A stretch of DNA of 64,000 nt, from positions 72,533-136,532 of IMG/VR virus record IMGVR_UViG_3300013936_000015, one strand, 5' to 3'. Origin of the DNA: a virus (lineage: Duplodnaviria > Caudoviricetes). Shown here piece after piece: positions 1 through 11,270 of this stretch. The translations under genes were made by a program, and so were the position numbers. The notes beneath the pieces were generated by a model. The model was given only the letters and a program-made list of their open reading frames with translations, did not search any database and was not told the origin of the DNA. Numbering within the stretch: position 1 is the stretch's first letter; every line of letters starts with the position of its first letter.

Positions 1-2785
1 CTCCAACATTCATCTTATTCCAACTATGTACAACATTATCTTTATTCCATTCATCACAGCTGTTATTTAGCCAAGAAGTAGAATCAACAATTATATCATT
101 TGTTGGACTAGATGTACTACTGAAGTTTCTCTTCATTCTCTAAGTAAACCAGCATATGTATCTATCACCACCAAATAATTCCTATTCTGTTTTAGAATTA
201 TTTAATTGAACTCTCTATCCTATTTGATAATAATTAGAAGTATCTTTTAATCGAATCTCCCAATAATTATCCATATTATTTATATTAAACTCGGGGATAT
301 ATACATTATATAGTGAATATAAATCAACAATATCAGAAGGTTGTATTGTGCTATAATATTCATTTGGAAAATAATTAGCAATATTATATTCATCTTCCTT
401 TGACTTACCACCATATTTTAAGAAATTTTCTCCTTGTCCTTTATATTGCCAATGATAATATTTTGTATAATCATCATTATTATAACTAGGATATTTTAGA
501 AATACTTGATCAGCACCAGAATATGTATCTTTAACAAAATTACTAAATCCTATTCCGATATATGGAGAAATTATACCTCTAAATATATTCTTTCTTCGAC
601 ATAATGAATTATGGTTATTTTCATCTCCAATTTTTCCATATTCATAAGACAACTATGACGCATCATAATTATCTATGAATCTAAATTGTCGTGCTTCTGT
701 AGAACTTCCAACACTTGATCGGAATATTTTGCCATCAGCTTCCACACCAGATACATCCTCGGGTACAGAAATTAAAGACACTTTAGAATAAATATTCTAA
801 AATCTATCATCGTTATCTGTACCACCATTACCCCATGGATTTATTCCATTGTTATAATATTTAAAAATATGAGATCTGTCATTATCAGTAGCAGAGCATA
901 TATAATTACATACTTTTTTTACAGTAAATTTATCTCCAGTAAGAAACTAATTAAAATAAGGCTACTTTATAGTTAAATCTGGACATATCCCTGCCGCTTT
1001 TTCAAAACTTCTAAATCCTGAAATAAGTCTTGGAATATATGGTTGGGTTAAATATGCGTATTGACCTTTGTCTGTATGCCACCAAATTTTGAACTCTCCA
1101 GTATCTCCAATCTTTTGTCCAGCATCTAACTATATGGGACTTAAAAAAGATTCTAGTTGGGTATATTTATTAGAAGTACTATCAACTGCAGGAACATCTG
1201 CTCCCTAAATCATTGGCATTGTAAACATCTATGTAAGTTTCAAAGGCATTCTTTTCTATCTTACAAAGAAATACCCCATAATACCTTTTCTCTTTAGATA
1301 CTATAAAACAAACTTATCAGTTCTTATATCTAAAGAATATATATAATATCCAACAGTATTTATTGAAGTTACTCCCCCATTGTATTGAAATGGATATGAA
1401 TATCTATCTGGATTTATGTAAATAACACCCTTTTCGTTTTCCCTTGTGTTATTCTTAACATATCCATTGTCATGAAATTCCCAATTCTTAAAAGTAATAC
1501 TATCAGGTAACTCATTAGAATCTGTCTAAAATTTCTCATGCCATGGAATATCAGAATAATAAGAATTTCTATTAGGTTGGGTCTTGTTATTTACTGTATT
1601 TAATTCATGCCCTCTGATATTATACACATTAGAAAGCTGACCATTATTATAGATATATACAATACCAAGCCTATAAAACTCTCCTGGCATATAACCTAAA
1701 TAATAATATTGATTTTGAGAATTGTAATATTCTCCTTGATATTTAGATTCTGATTTCTGGATAACTTCATATTCTCCAGAAACCTCACCAATAAGATTAT
1801 TAGCCTATGTCTCTTTTAAGAAAGGTAAAAACTATAAACTAAGTGTCTTTAATTCCTAATCATAAGGGATATTAGTAGTACAATTAGCAGCAAATAACCT
1901 ATTCTATGTCTATGCAAAAGATTTGACTGTAGTAAAAAGAGTATGTGTCTGATTAATTGCGAATTGTGTTGTATCAACAGTATTCTCAAATCCAGAAATA
2001 CGAATTTCTAATTCATCCCCATCATAAGGAAATAAATCTACTAACTATTTGTATTCATCAACACTATTCTAATCCTTATCAGCAGTAATCCTCTAATAGC
2101 AAACCTGTATATAATTATAACTAGTATCAAGATTACTTAATTTTAATCTAATAGTCTTATTAGAATTTTCATCTCTGATACCACCGTGTACTGATTTTGG
2201 ATTACCATCATCACCAATAAATGCTATAATTCTATTAGACTAAGCAACAATATCAGTAACATTCTTATCTAAATCAGCATATCTAAAGAAGAAGAAATAA
2301 CTACCACATTTTAAATTACCATTACCTGCCATTCCTAAATAATCCACTTGAGGAATTTTATCATATAATAGTTGTAAACTAGTATTTTTGGCAAGCGTAT
2401 TTTCATCATAGAGATTGCTATTCTTTTCTCTATTAATAAATGTAAATGTATTATTATCTTGTACTCGAAACCTACTATTTACTAGTCTTGGAATACTTTT
2501 ATTATCAGTAAATATTAGATTGGTACTTCCATCATATGTTTTCTGTGTTTCTAACTAAACCTAAGAAGTAAAATCATATTTATATTGATCGGTCTCAAAA
2601 TTATTAACCTTATTAAGACCATCTTCTTCCTTTAATAAGTTTCTTAACGGCCTATATGTTATTTGTAATGGAGCCTCATCAATAGGAATACTACCATATA
2701 TATAGAAATTTACATCTTCATTAGGATTAGTTAAAACAGAGATGTCTAATGATTCAAATCCCGTATTAGTTGTCTGAAGTTTCAT
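1..2785 (-). CDS. Tail stabilisation/muzzle-type virion protein, C-terminal partner (runs off window start; TAG=Gln)
   Basis: Track ORFs 2561..2785 and 215..652 are in frame and joined by TAG read-through. Motifs TYDGSTNLIFTDNKSIPRLVNSRF and GNLKCGSYFFFFRYADLD resemble crAss tail stabilisation proteins. Confidence 0.65.
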
Positions 2786-4766
2786 CTGTAAGCGTTATAG
2801 TAAATTCGTCTGAATAATTACCCCTACCTATTCTCGAATATTTATAAGTATCTCCTACTTCAAATCCTACATCAAAATTTGGATCGTCACAGATATATTC
2901 TGTTTTCTTATTTTTTATAAATGTTAAGAGTGGTTCTCGTGCTGTATCCCAAGAATCAATGTTATCATATGGAGTATCCCCAGGATTTCCGGGATCATAA
3001 GGATCATAAGGTTCATAAGGGGTGTCTTGCTAATAATCACCTCCCGTATAAGGATTGTCACTAACAGTAGAGTCAACTCCTCCCTGTATAGGTTCGGTAG
3101 GTAATTTTATATCCTATGTAGAAATCTTACCGTCTTTAATTCTTTGAATATAGGCATAAACATACAATTTATTATCTCCCTTTGTATTAGGATAATTATA
3201 AACTATAGAATATTTAATATCTTTATTAGCAAGATCATTACTATTTAATACTATAGATTTATTACCATCTTTATCAATAGTAAGTAAATCTGTTTTTTCT
3301 GTTACATCATTTTTAGTTTCATTTCTATAAATATGAATAATACCCTCTTTCATTTCTACATTTTCAAAGTCTGCGATATTACCAGTAATATAATATGTAG
3401 CATCTGGATTATCCCAGTTATTATAAGTAGACCATTTAGAAGTTATTTTCATTGTAGTATATTTATATTTATACTACTTGCCGTCTTCTGTTTCATTAGG
3501 AACAGTAGGAGAAATATAATGATCTAAATTTACTCCTACAGGAATAGAGATACTGTCTGTATATTGATTATTATTATAGAAACAACTTAATTCATTAAAT
3601 AGACTGCTGTAATTTATTTGTGTAGTATGTTTTTCAGTTCCGCTGCTATCCTTTGTTTCTTTCCCATCATCACTTATTAAATACTTGTTATAGGACAGCT
3701 CTATATCTAACTAACAACCATTTATAACATTATCCTTTATTGCATTAGAATAATTATTTAAATGCTATGAATTTGGACAGTTATATGTAACAGAAACAGG
3801 GATATCAACAATCATACGTTTATCATATGTTTCAGACTCCTCTTTCATTGTTATTGTATTTGATCCAGCATCATATTCAAAATTTAAAAAATCTTGAAAC
3901 TCTGAATCTGTCCAATATAGTCTATTAGATGTAGACTTAACATTATTATAAGTGATTATATTGATAGGATTCATCTTACAACTATAAATATAGTTTTTAG
4001 ATAGTTCCATTACAAGCCTTGTAATAATATCATTACCATTATAAAAACACTTATATCCAAATTCTGTAATATTGCCATCCTTTTCTTTAGTATATTGTTT
4101 CATTAAACTATTTACATATGAAACTTCCACACCATTTTTATTATATCCCTTGAATTTTATAGAATATACCTTGTTAATATAATTATCATCAAATTTTCTA
4201 GTTCCTATATACTCATACAGAAATGTAGGAAGTTTTAAATAAAATTCTGCCCCATAGCTTAATGTAACTGGATATAATTTCTCTTCATTCCAAGCCTATA
4301 ATTGATGAGCATCCTAATCAAAAATAGTAAAACTTTCAGAAATTCTACTATCTTTGTGATAAGTATAAGAATCCTTTAATTGTAAATGTTTCTATTGATT
4401 CTTTCCCTCATCAGATAAGTCTGTAATTAATGCTTTAATATCATTAACTCCAGGAAAACTTCCTACCTATGTATGTCCCTCTTTATCAGTAAGAATCATA
4501 TATGCAACACCACCATCTTCTTTAGTAACAAGAGGGACATATCCGTCTGGTAAAGCAGCTTTATTATAATTTCCCTCATCATCTACATCAAAAGGATTAG
4601 TAATGCTAGTATTACCAAAATCATTTTGTAAAATCATCTCATCACCATTACCAGTAATCATACTGGCATTCATAGCATCTGTAAGCTATTCATTAGTAAT
4701 AGTCTATTCATTTAGATCTAGGTTCATCCCCTTACTAAATCCATTAACCGCTTCTTTTTTTGACAT
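2766..4766 (-). CDS. Tail stabilisation/muzzle-type protein, N-terminal partner (666 aa, TAG=Gln)
   Basis: ATG 4766 to TAA 2766 joins 4467..4673, 3765..4130 and 3114..3452. N-terminus FSKGMNLDLN...LTDAMNASMITGNGDEMILQNDFGN is typical of this crAss family. Confidence 0.65.
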
Positions 4767-5932
4767 ATTGTTGAATAGTTTGTATTACATAAATCACTTA
4801 TTTTTAAGTTAGGCTAGAATTTATAAAATTCCACATTGTATAAATCTATATATGTCCTTATAAATCGGAAAAAACCTACATCAGAAGATTTAACCCTTAC
4901 AATATATCTGTGTATTCGGTATAGTAATGATGCAATTTCCGGAGATTTACATAATAGTTTACATTTATTAAAATAAAATTTTTTCTATTGTTTATATCTT
5001 AAACTTCCATCTGGTTTGAAATATTTCTTAAATTCTGGTTTAGAAATACCAAAATAATAATAACCATCCCATTTAATATTCTTGGAATACCAAAGTTTAC
5101 GAATGCGCTTCCTTAATTGTCTGGCATAATATTTTTCTGGTTTCTTTCCACAGAAAGCAATAACATTCCCAATATAAATATATCTTCCACCCTTACTGAT
5201 AAATATATCCATAAAAGATTTAGCATTGATAGAAATCTGTCTAACACCAAATCTAATAATTTGATATAAAGTCTATATCTTAATATTAGGATATAATAAA
5301 GATACTTTTTCAACATAATCCATTAAAAGTACTGGTGCTTTAGGATAATATTCCTTACCAGAATTAACTTGCTTCGCCAAGTCCTATTGAAATCTATCAT
5401 CCATAATAACATCCGTCTAACGTATAGGAGTTCCTCCTGCTTTACGATAGTAATAAAAACATGGACAATAAGCCTTAAAGTTAGATTCGAGATAATCAAT
5501 ATATTGATAGTTTCCTCTTTGACGTTCTTTTATAAATTCATCGCCCTTAATAACACGCATATGAACTTCTGTGTATGCTCCAATACCTGCAAGACTAATT
5601 GTTCTATTATATAGGATGATATCTTGCATCATAATAAATACAGCATCTGCTAAAATATCACCAAAGAACTCTTCTATCTCTTTATCTGGATCTATATTTA
5701 ATTGAGATATTTGTGTATCATTTAATCCTAATCCTTTTCTATATGTATAATATAGCTCTTTTTGAGTCATTGCATATCCAAACCCAGAATTTAGAATTAA
5801 TTCCAAACTTTCATTTTCATTCAGTTTTTTCTTAGGAATGTATTTTATTTCCTTCTTCTTTTTCCTGATCAAACTGGGAGATATCTCCCTATAAACATCT
5901 CGCAAATTTACATTACCATACCACTATTCCAT
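4724..5932 (-). CDS. Conserved crAss-like hypothetical protein, possibly IHF/HU-like DNA-binding (402 aa, TAG=Gln)
   Basis: ATG 5932 to TGA 4724 joins 5417..5905 and 4985..5212 in one frame; basic protein; function inferred from position only. Confidence 0.5.
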
Positions 5933-6633
5933 TAACGTAAAGGCTTAAATGATTTATTATATATTTTTCTATCGTGTGATGTTCTAGCATCTAATATCTC
6001 ATTCATATCATTCTGAGAAAGATATGTAGGAATACGGGCCTAATCTACTTGAACAGCATACTTCTTAGTAAGATTTGAGGATAATGTGATTAAATTAGCA
6101 TTATTGGTCGCTAATCCCCTTTTAAAATAGTCTATAGATGCAATATATGTAGCAATGGCAAGGGCCTCATCATCAGTAACTTTAGGAAGACCCTCATTGT
6201 CTAAAATAAATTCTTTATATAATAAATGTAATTTAGTTCCTACAGGAGCTTCTTTCACCTAAATTGTATTATCATCAACCATTACATATTTTACGTATCT
6301 ACCAGATTGATAAAAAGGACTCATAGAAACTTTTCTACCCTCTATATATTCTTCTGTTACAATAGAACCCATATCTCCTTCTGAATATATTGGAGAATTA
6401 TACATTGCATCTTCAAAGTCATAATTCAATGATTCTATAGCATCACATTCACAAGGAAGCTCTATAATACCATCGTTTCCAACTTCTACATAAGTGGATT
6501 TTAATTTATATCTCTAATTGCCAATTTTATTAAAAGCAATCATTCCTAATTCTTCAAAATCCTCCTCTGGCATCTTTACCCCATATAGCTGATTAGCTAA
6601 AACCATTGCATAATGAAAATTATTATACTACAT
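5932..6633 (-). CDS. Tail ring/tubular protein (233 aa, TAG=Gln)
   Basis: ATG-TAG start at 6633, TAA at 5932; contains 6040..6258; LPCECDAIE and DNEGLP motifs; synteny with crAss ring proteins. Confidence 0.55.
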
Positions 6634-7312
6634 ACTCTTGTTTATTTGGCATTATAGGCATCGCTAGTGACCGATAGTATTTTATGTACTAATCAGCTAC
6701 AGCATTCTTTATTTCCTTATCTAAAAATGAAAATTTCTTATTTGTCTCCTCTGTCTCGCAACATTTAAAATTATCTAAATCCCTTGGATCTTTAAAAATA
6801 GCAACAATGGAGATTTCTTTTAACATTGGAGCATTAAAAACATACCCATCAATCATTCCTTGAATATTCTATACGGGATCTAAAAATACCCAAGGTCTCT
6901 TCTTTCCCCTTTTTCTATATTTCTAAACGTAATTAACTTCATAAGGAGAAGAATAGATAGTAAAAGGCTACCTTCTATCTGTAGAACCAATATATTTTAT
7001 TGCATCCTGCCCAAACACATCCACCATCACTGCCGGTATCTAAAAATGTAACTAAGGCTCTCCCACATAATCAGAATTACAAGAACACCTATCTAAATCC
7101 TAACAGTCAATAGGAATGCAATTAATAGATTCTACTAATTCATCAATAGGTAAAATACCTTTAAGAGAATATTGCTTAATGAGATTTAATCTAGTGGCTA
7201 CTATATCATCTTCTAACTACTCAATGCTAATAGATGAATTATGGTGATAACCCTTTAAACCACTTACTATGTCATTATATACAGCAGATGCTAATTTGTT
7301 TATTAAACTCAT
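6623..7312 (-). CDS. Tail ring protein (229 aa, TAG=Gln)
   Basis: MSLINKLASAVYNDIVSGLKGYHH... is open from 7312 to TAA 6623 only with TAG read-through; absent from the ORF track. Confidence 0.55.
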
Positions 7313-7388
7313 AGAAATAAAAAAAGGTACTAACTAACAAAAATTAGTTAGTTAATACCTTAAACAATTAAAATTTATAAATCATAAA

Positions 7389-8552
7389 TTACTTCGCAGG
7401 CTGACGAATGCCATCCTTTAAGAGAGTATCTGCAGGATTACCTGTCATTGTATCCCCCTCTGTCTTAGATGCAGCAGCATCATCCTGAAGAGCTTTAATC
7501 TTCTCTGCATCATCAGCAGAATCTACAAGAGTATCCTTGTCAACAGCCTTATCATCATAATCAGACTGAACAACCTCAAATGTACCAGTGACATCTGCCT
7601 TGATAGAATCAAGAAGAGTATCAAAAGCATAAGAAGGATTGGAAACATCCTGAGCACCATTATCAAGAATAAAGAAGGTATGCATAGTTTCACTATAAAC
7701 CTGCTGGCCAACAGCACTCATACCACCAAGACCATCTCTTTTGGCACAATAAACAATGATATATTCATTGTACTTGCCACCGATAATGGGCTGCTCATCC
7801 TGATAAGGAGACTCCCAATCACGATGTGCACAAGTAGGCAAGAATACATCCTTGATAAGATGACGGTATGTACCAAAACTCTCATGACCCTGCTTAATAA
7901 CAATACCAGAATCAGCATCCTCGTAACCACCAAAGGCAGAATCATTGCAGCAAGAATAACCATAAAGCTCAGGATTATAAACCTGCATCTCTGCACGATT
8001 AACAATCTGATACTCCTCAACACCAGTAATAGTTACCTTGGTATCAGCAGCAGTAATAGAAAGATGCCGCTCACCAAGAACCATCTGGCCTTGTCTCTTT
8101 GCATCCTTAGCAACAGAAGCAGCTAACTCTGCAGCAGTCTGCCCCTTCTTGTATGCAAACTCAATAAAGAACTCCTTGCCATAACGAGCATAAGCGTCTG
8201 CATAAGAAGGATCTGTTCTACGAAGATTGATAAATAATGCAAGTCTACCAAGACCACTGTCCTTCATTGTCTCAGTATCATCCTCATTAACAGAAGCAAT
8301 AAACTTTGTCATATCAAACTCTACCTGAAAGTTCTGAGGATTCTCCCAATGTCTCTTGGCAATGCGAACGATATTCTTTACATTAAAATTGAAATCCTTG
8401 GCAATATGAATAAACTTCTCATCACCCTTTGTTCCAATATAAAATCTACCATAAGTCTCCTTACTTGCATCTGCGCCAGTCTCTGCCTTGCTGGTGCTTG
8501 TGTACTCTGGAGCCAGAGTATTAATCAAAGTAGTTGTTTCAAAATTTAACAT
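7389..8552 (-). CDS. Abundant virion structural protein (auxiliary capsid/head protein candidate), 387 aa, TAG-free
   Basis: Long ORF with strong codon bias and no TAG; lies in the capsid operon and is followed by a terminator-like hairpin at ~7322-7360. Confidence 0.6.
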   Translation of the reverse strand: MLNFETTTLINTLAPEYTSTSKAETGADASKETYGRFYIGTKGDEKFIHIAKDFNFNVKNIVRIAKRHWENPQNFQVEFDMTKFIASVNEDDTETMKDSGLGRLALFINLRRTDPSYADAYARYGKEFFIEFAYKKGQTAAELAASVAKDAKRQGQMVLGERHLSITAADTKVTITGVEEYQIVNRAEMQVYNPELYGYSCCNDSAFGGYEDADSGIVIKQGHESFGTYRHLIKDVFLPTCAHRDWESPYQDEQPIIGGKYNEYIIVYCAKRDGLGGMSAVGQQVYSETMHTFFILDNGAQDVSNPSYAFDTLLDSIKADVTGTFEVVQSDYDDKAVDKDTLVDSADDAEKIKALQDDAAASKTEGDTMTGNPADTLLKDGIRQPAK

Positions 8553-8557
8553 AATAA

Positions 8558-10360
8558 TTATTTTTTAGAATTTGTGTCCTGTGCCTGAGCTGGGGCAGCT
8601 ATGGACTATGATATAGCTGGATGTGTCTGTAATCTCTAATCAGACGCATTCTCCATAATAACATTTGTTAGCTCATTTATTATCTCTTGACAGATATAGT
8701 CAGGAAATTCCATTATCTGACTAGTATCCTCTGTTAAATCCATCTACTCTTGGGTTAAGCGAATATATTGTGGTGCTTTTACATAATCTATCTAAATACC
8801 AATTAACTAAAATACAGAAGAATCCTTACCATAGCGAATCTCTAATCTCACATTAGAAGCATTCCCATATCTCTATCCTGCATATTTAACAACATTACTT
8901 TCCTTTAGATTATTTACATTGATAAATCTTGGGAAATTTGGATTCTTAACAGAAGCCCCTCCATAATCATTCTATTTTAAAGATGTGTAATTACCATCAG
9001 CATCAAGATTGTATTCAGGAGTACCCTCAGTAGCAGGAGTCTGTTTAATAATAGGAGATTCTACTGGATTATCTACTAAAGATAAAGTAGGTTCCTTAAA
9101 ATTAAATGCACCTGAAGCAGCATTCTATAAAGTCTACTCTAATTTTATAAATTCCTAATAATCATCAGAATTATTGATAGAAACTGTTGTAGTTTCTTTA
9201 TTGTATTTTAATACTTTCCCTAATAAACTGTTTTCAGGTATTACAAATTTTCCACCACTATGTGAAAGGTTATCCTTAGTAACAGTTGTTAAAGAAAAAT
9301 CAGTCAATTTCTAGTACCCCTATATAACATTATTAGATTTTATAGGAATAGAAATAGATGTTACTTCAGTATCATTAAACTAAAGAATTGGTCTGGAATT
9401 AGTAGAATATTCACTACATACTTCTCCAGAAGGTGTGCCGGTATATTGCTGACCTTCAAGTGGACAAGTAGATACCTATAATTCATTAGAACCTAAATTA
9501 ATTCCTGCAAACTTTTCACTGCCATCAATCTTACCCTAAAATTTAATATTTTTTATTTTTCTTGTAAGATTATAAGAAGTAGATGATAAATTTCCATCAG
9601 TAGAAGTAACCTCTAATCCTAAAGAAAAAGCATCCTCTAATGGTAAAGAAAGACTTCCTTTTTTAATAGGAGTAATAACACCATCGGTATATGTCATTAT
9701 TGTGCCATCTGAGCTTTCAGTTTTTGCATCAGTATGTGCATAATCTGTTCCTTCAAAAGGAATAGTTTCCTTACTGTAAAAAGAGGATTCATTTACAGGA
9801 TTTGTGGGATTCTAATTACTTGTATTTAAATTGTTAATATAATAGTATGGCCTCTTATAAGAGGGTCTCATATATAAATTGTCTATTATTAATGGCCATG
9901 CATCTGCAGTTACTTTAGTAGCACCCTTCATAACAATATTACCTACATTATAAGGACAATTTATTCTTCTAAGAACTTTATATATACAGATGCAGTTTAA
10001 TAGATGTAAATAGTCAGCAGGAAGAGCAAATTCATAAGTAGCACCATATATTGAATCAAGGTTTATCACTTCAGCATCTCCTTTAATCCCATTCTCTCCA
10101 TTACCCTTTAATAATTTACTAGTAACAATTTGAGATAAATCGGAAGGGGTTTTTATAGGAGTTAATACAGCTGATGTCTTTAATACCCGTAAATTGTCTG
10201 TTCTTTGCTGATCAGTATCTACACCAAAATTATATTGCTTATTAATAAACTAATTAATTGTTTTATTAAAAAAATAATTAAAAGTTTCCAAGTCTATACT
10301 AGGAGCATTATTCTTATTAAGCTCCATTAATACATAAGTAAAGACTTCCTTTGAGGTCAT
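8558..10360 (-). CDS. Tail ring/adaptor protein with large internal insertion (600 aa, TAG=Gln)
   Basis: MTSKEVFTYVLMELNKNNAPS...YEFALPADYLHLLNC...MEFPDYICQEIINEL; ATG 10360 and TAA 8558 are in frame with 9812..10069. Confidence 0.6.
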
Positions 10361-10371
10361 AGTTTATTAAA

Positions 10372-11196
10372 TCATTTTTTTGTTTTAGTATCTGGCTCTA
10401 ACTCTGGGAATGACTCCTTTTTAATCATTTCTACAAGTTTCTTATTAGAAGTATCTTGTAGCCATGCAATAGCAGCATCATCAGTTGCTCCAAGAATAAT
10501 CTCATCACCATACATATAAAGATTATTCTTTCTAACAATTACTCCCTTATCTTTTGCAGTAAACAATAATAATCTATATTTTGCTTCTGCACCAGTATAA
10601 ATACTTTGAATTTTAGAAGGATTACGCTTTGCAATTTCTAATAAGTATTCTGTAACATCAGAATCAGGAGCATTCTCCATATGTTTACCAAGTAATCTAG
10701 TTTTAAGAAGTCTTCCTTCAACAGAATCCTCAAAAATAAGTTTACAGGCATCATAAACTTGTTTAGACTTACTTACTCTTGCCTTAGTTTCTACACCGGG
10801 GATATCAACATAAAGTTCTGCAATCCCATTTCTAGGATTAAGACCCTTATATTTAGGATTACCATCAATAAGATAGTTACCCTTTTCATCCTTGGCATAT
10901 CTACTAGATGCAATTAGAGGACAATGTTTGATAGCTTCCCATTCTGCATTCTGATATGGATCACTTAAATCAAATGTCTGACCATCCTCAATCTTAAATT
11001 CCTTGTTCTCTGGAATAAAATATGGATAATCAGCACTATTCTTTTCTGCATCGGTGAGAATCATATCTCCGGAAGAGTTTACTCTCTTCACATATTTACA
11101 CTGCCGCCCAGTCTTGGGATCGGGGCAAGGATTAATAGTATAAACCATTCCAACCTTTCCCCATACACTTCTTAAAACAATAATATTATCATTCAT
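10372..11196 (-). CDS. Conserved crAss protein downstream of the major capsid gene (274 aa, TAG-free)
   Basis: Intact ORF immediately downstream of the MCP terminator. Confidence 0.7.
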   Translation of the reverse strand: MNDNIIVLRSVWGKVGMVYTINPCPDPKTGRQCKYVKRVNSSGDMILTDAEKNSADYPYFIPENKEFKIEDGQTFDLSDPYQNAEWEAIKHCPLIASSRYAKDEKGNYLIDGNPKYKGLNPRNGIAELYVDIPGVETKARVSKSKQVYDACKLIFEDSVEGRLLKTRLLGKHMENAPDSDVTEYLLEIAKRNPSKIQSIYTGAEAKYRLLLFTAKDKGVIVRKNNLYMYGDEIILGATDDAAIAWLQDTSNKKLVEMIKKESFPELEPDTKTKK

Positions 11197-11231
11197 ACGT
11201 ATTAATTCATATTAAACATTAACAATAAAAT

Positions 11232-11254
11232 ATGGGAGAGAAAACTCTCTCCCA
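11232..11254 (-). terminator. Intrinsic terminator after the major capsid gene
   Basis: TGGGAGAG-AAAA-CTCTCTCCCA hairpin flanked by A/T tracts. Confidence 0.6.
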
Positions 11255-11270
11255 ATAAAAAATATCTTTA

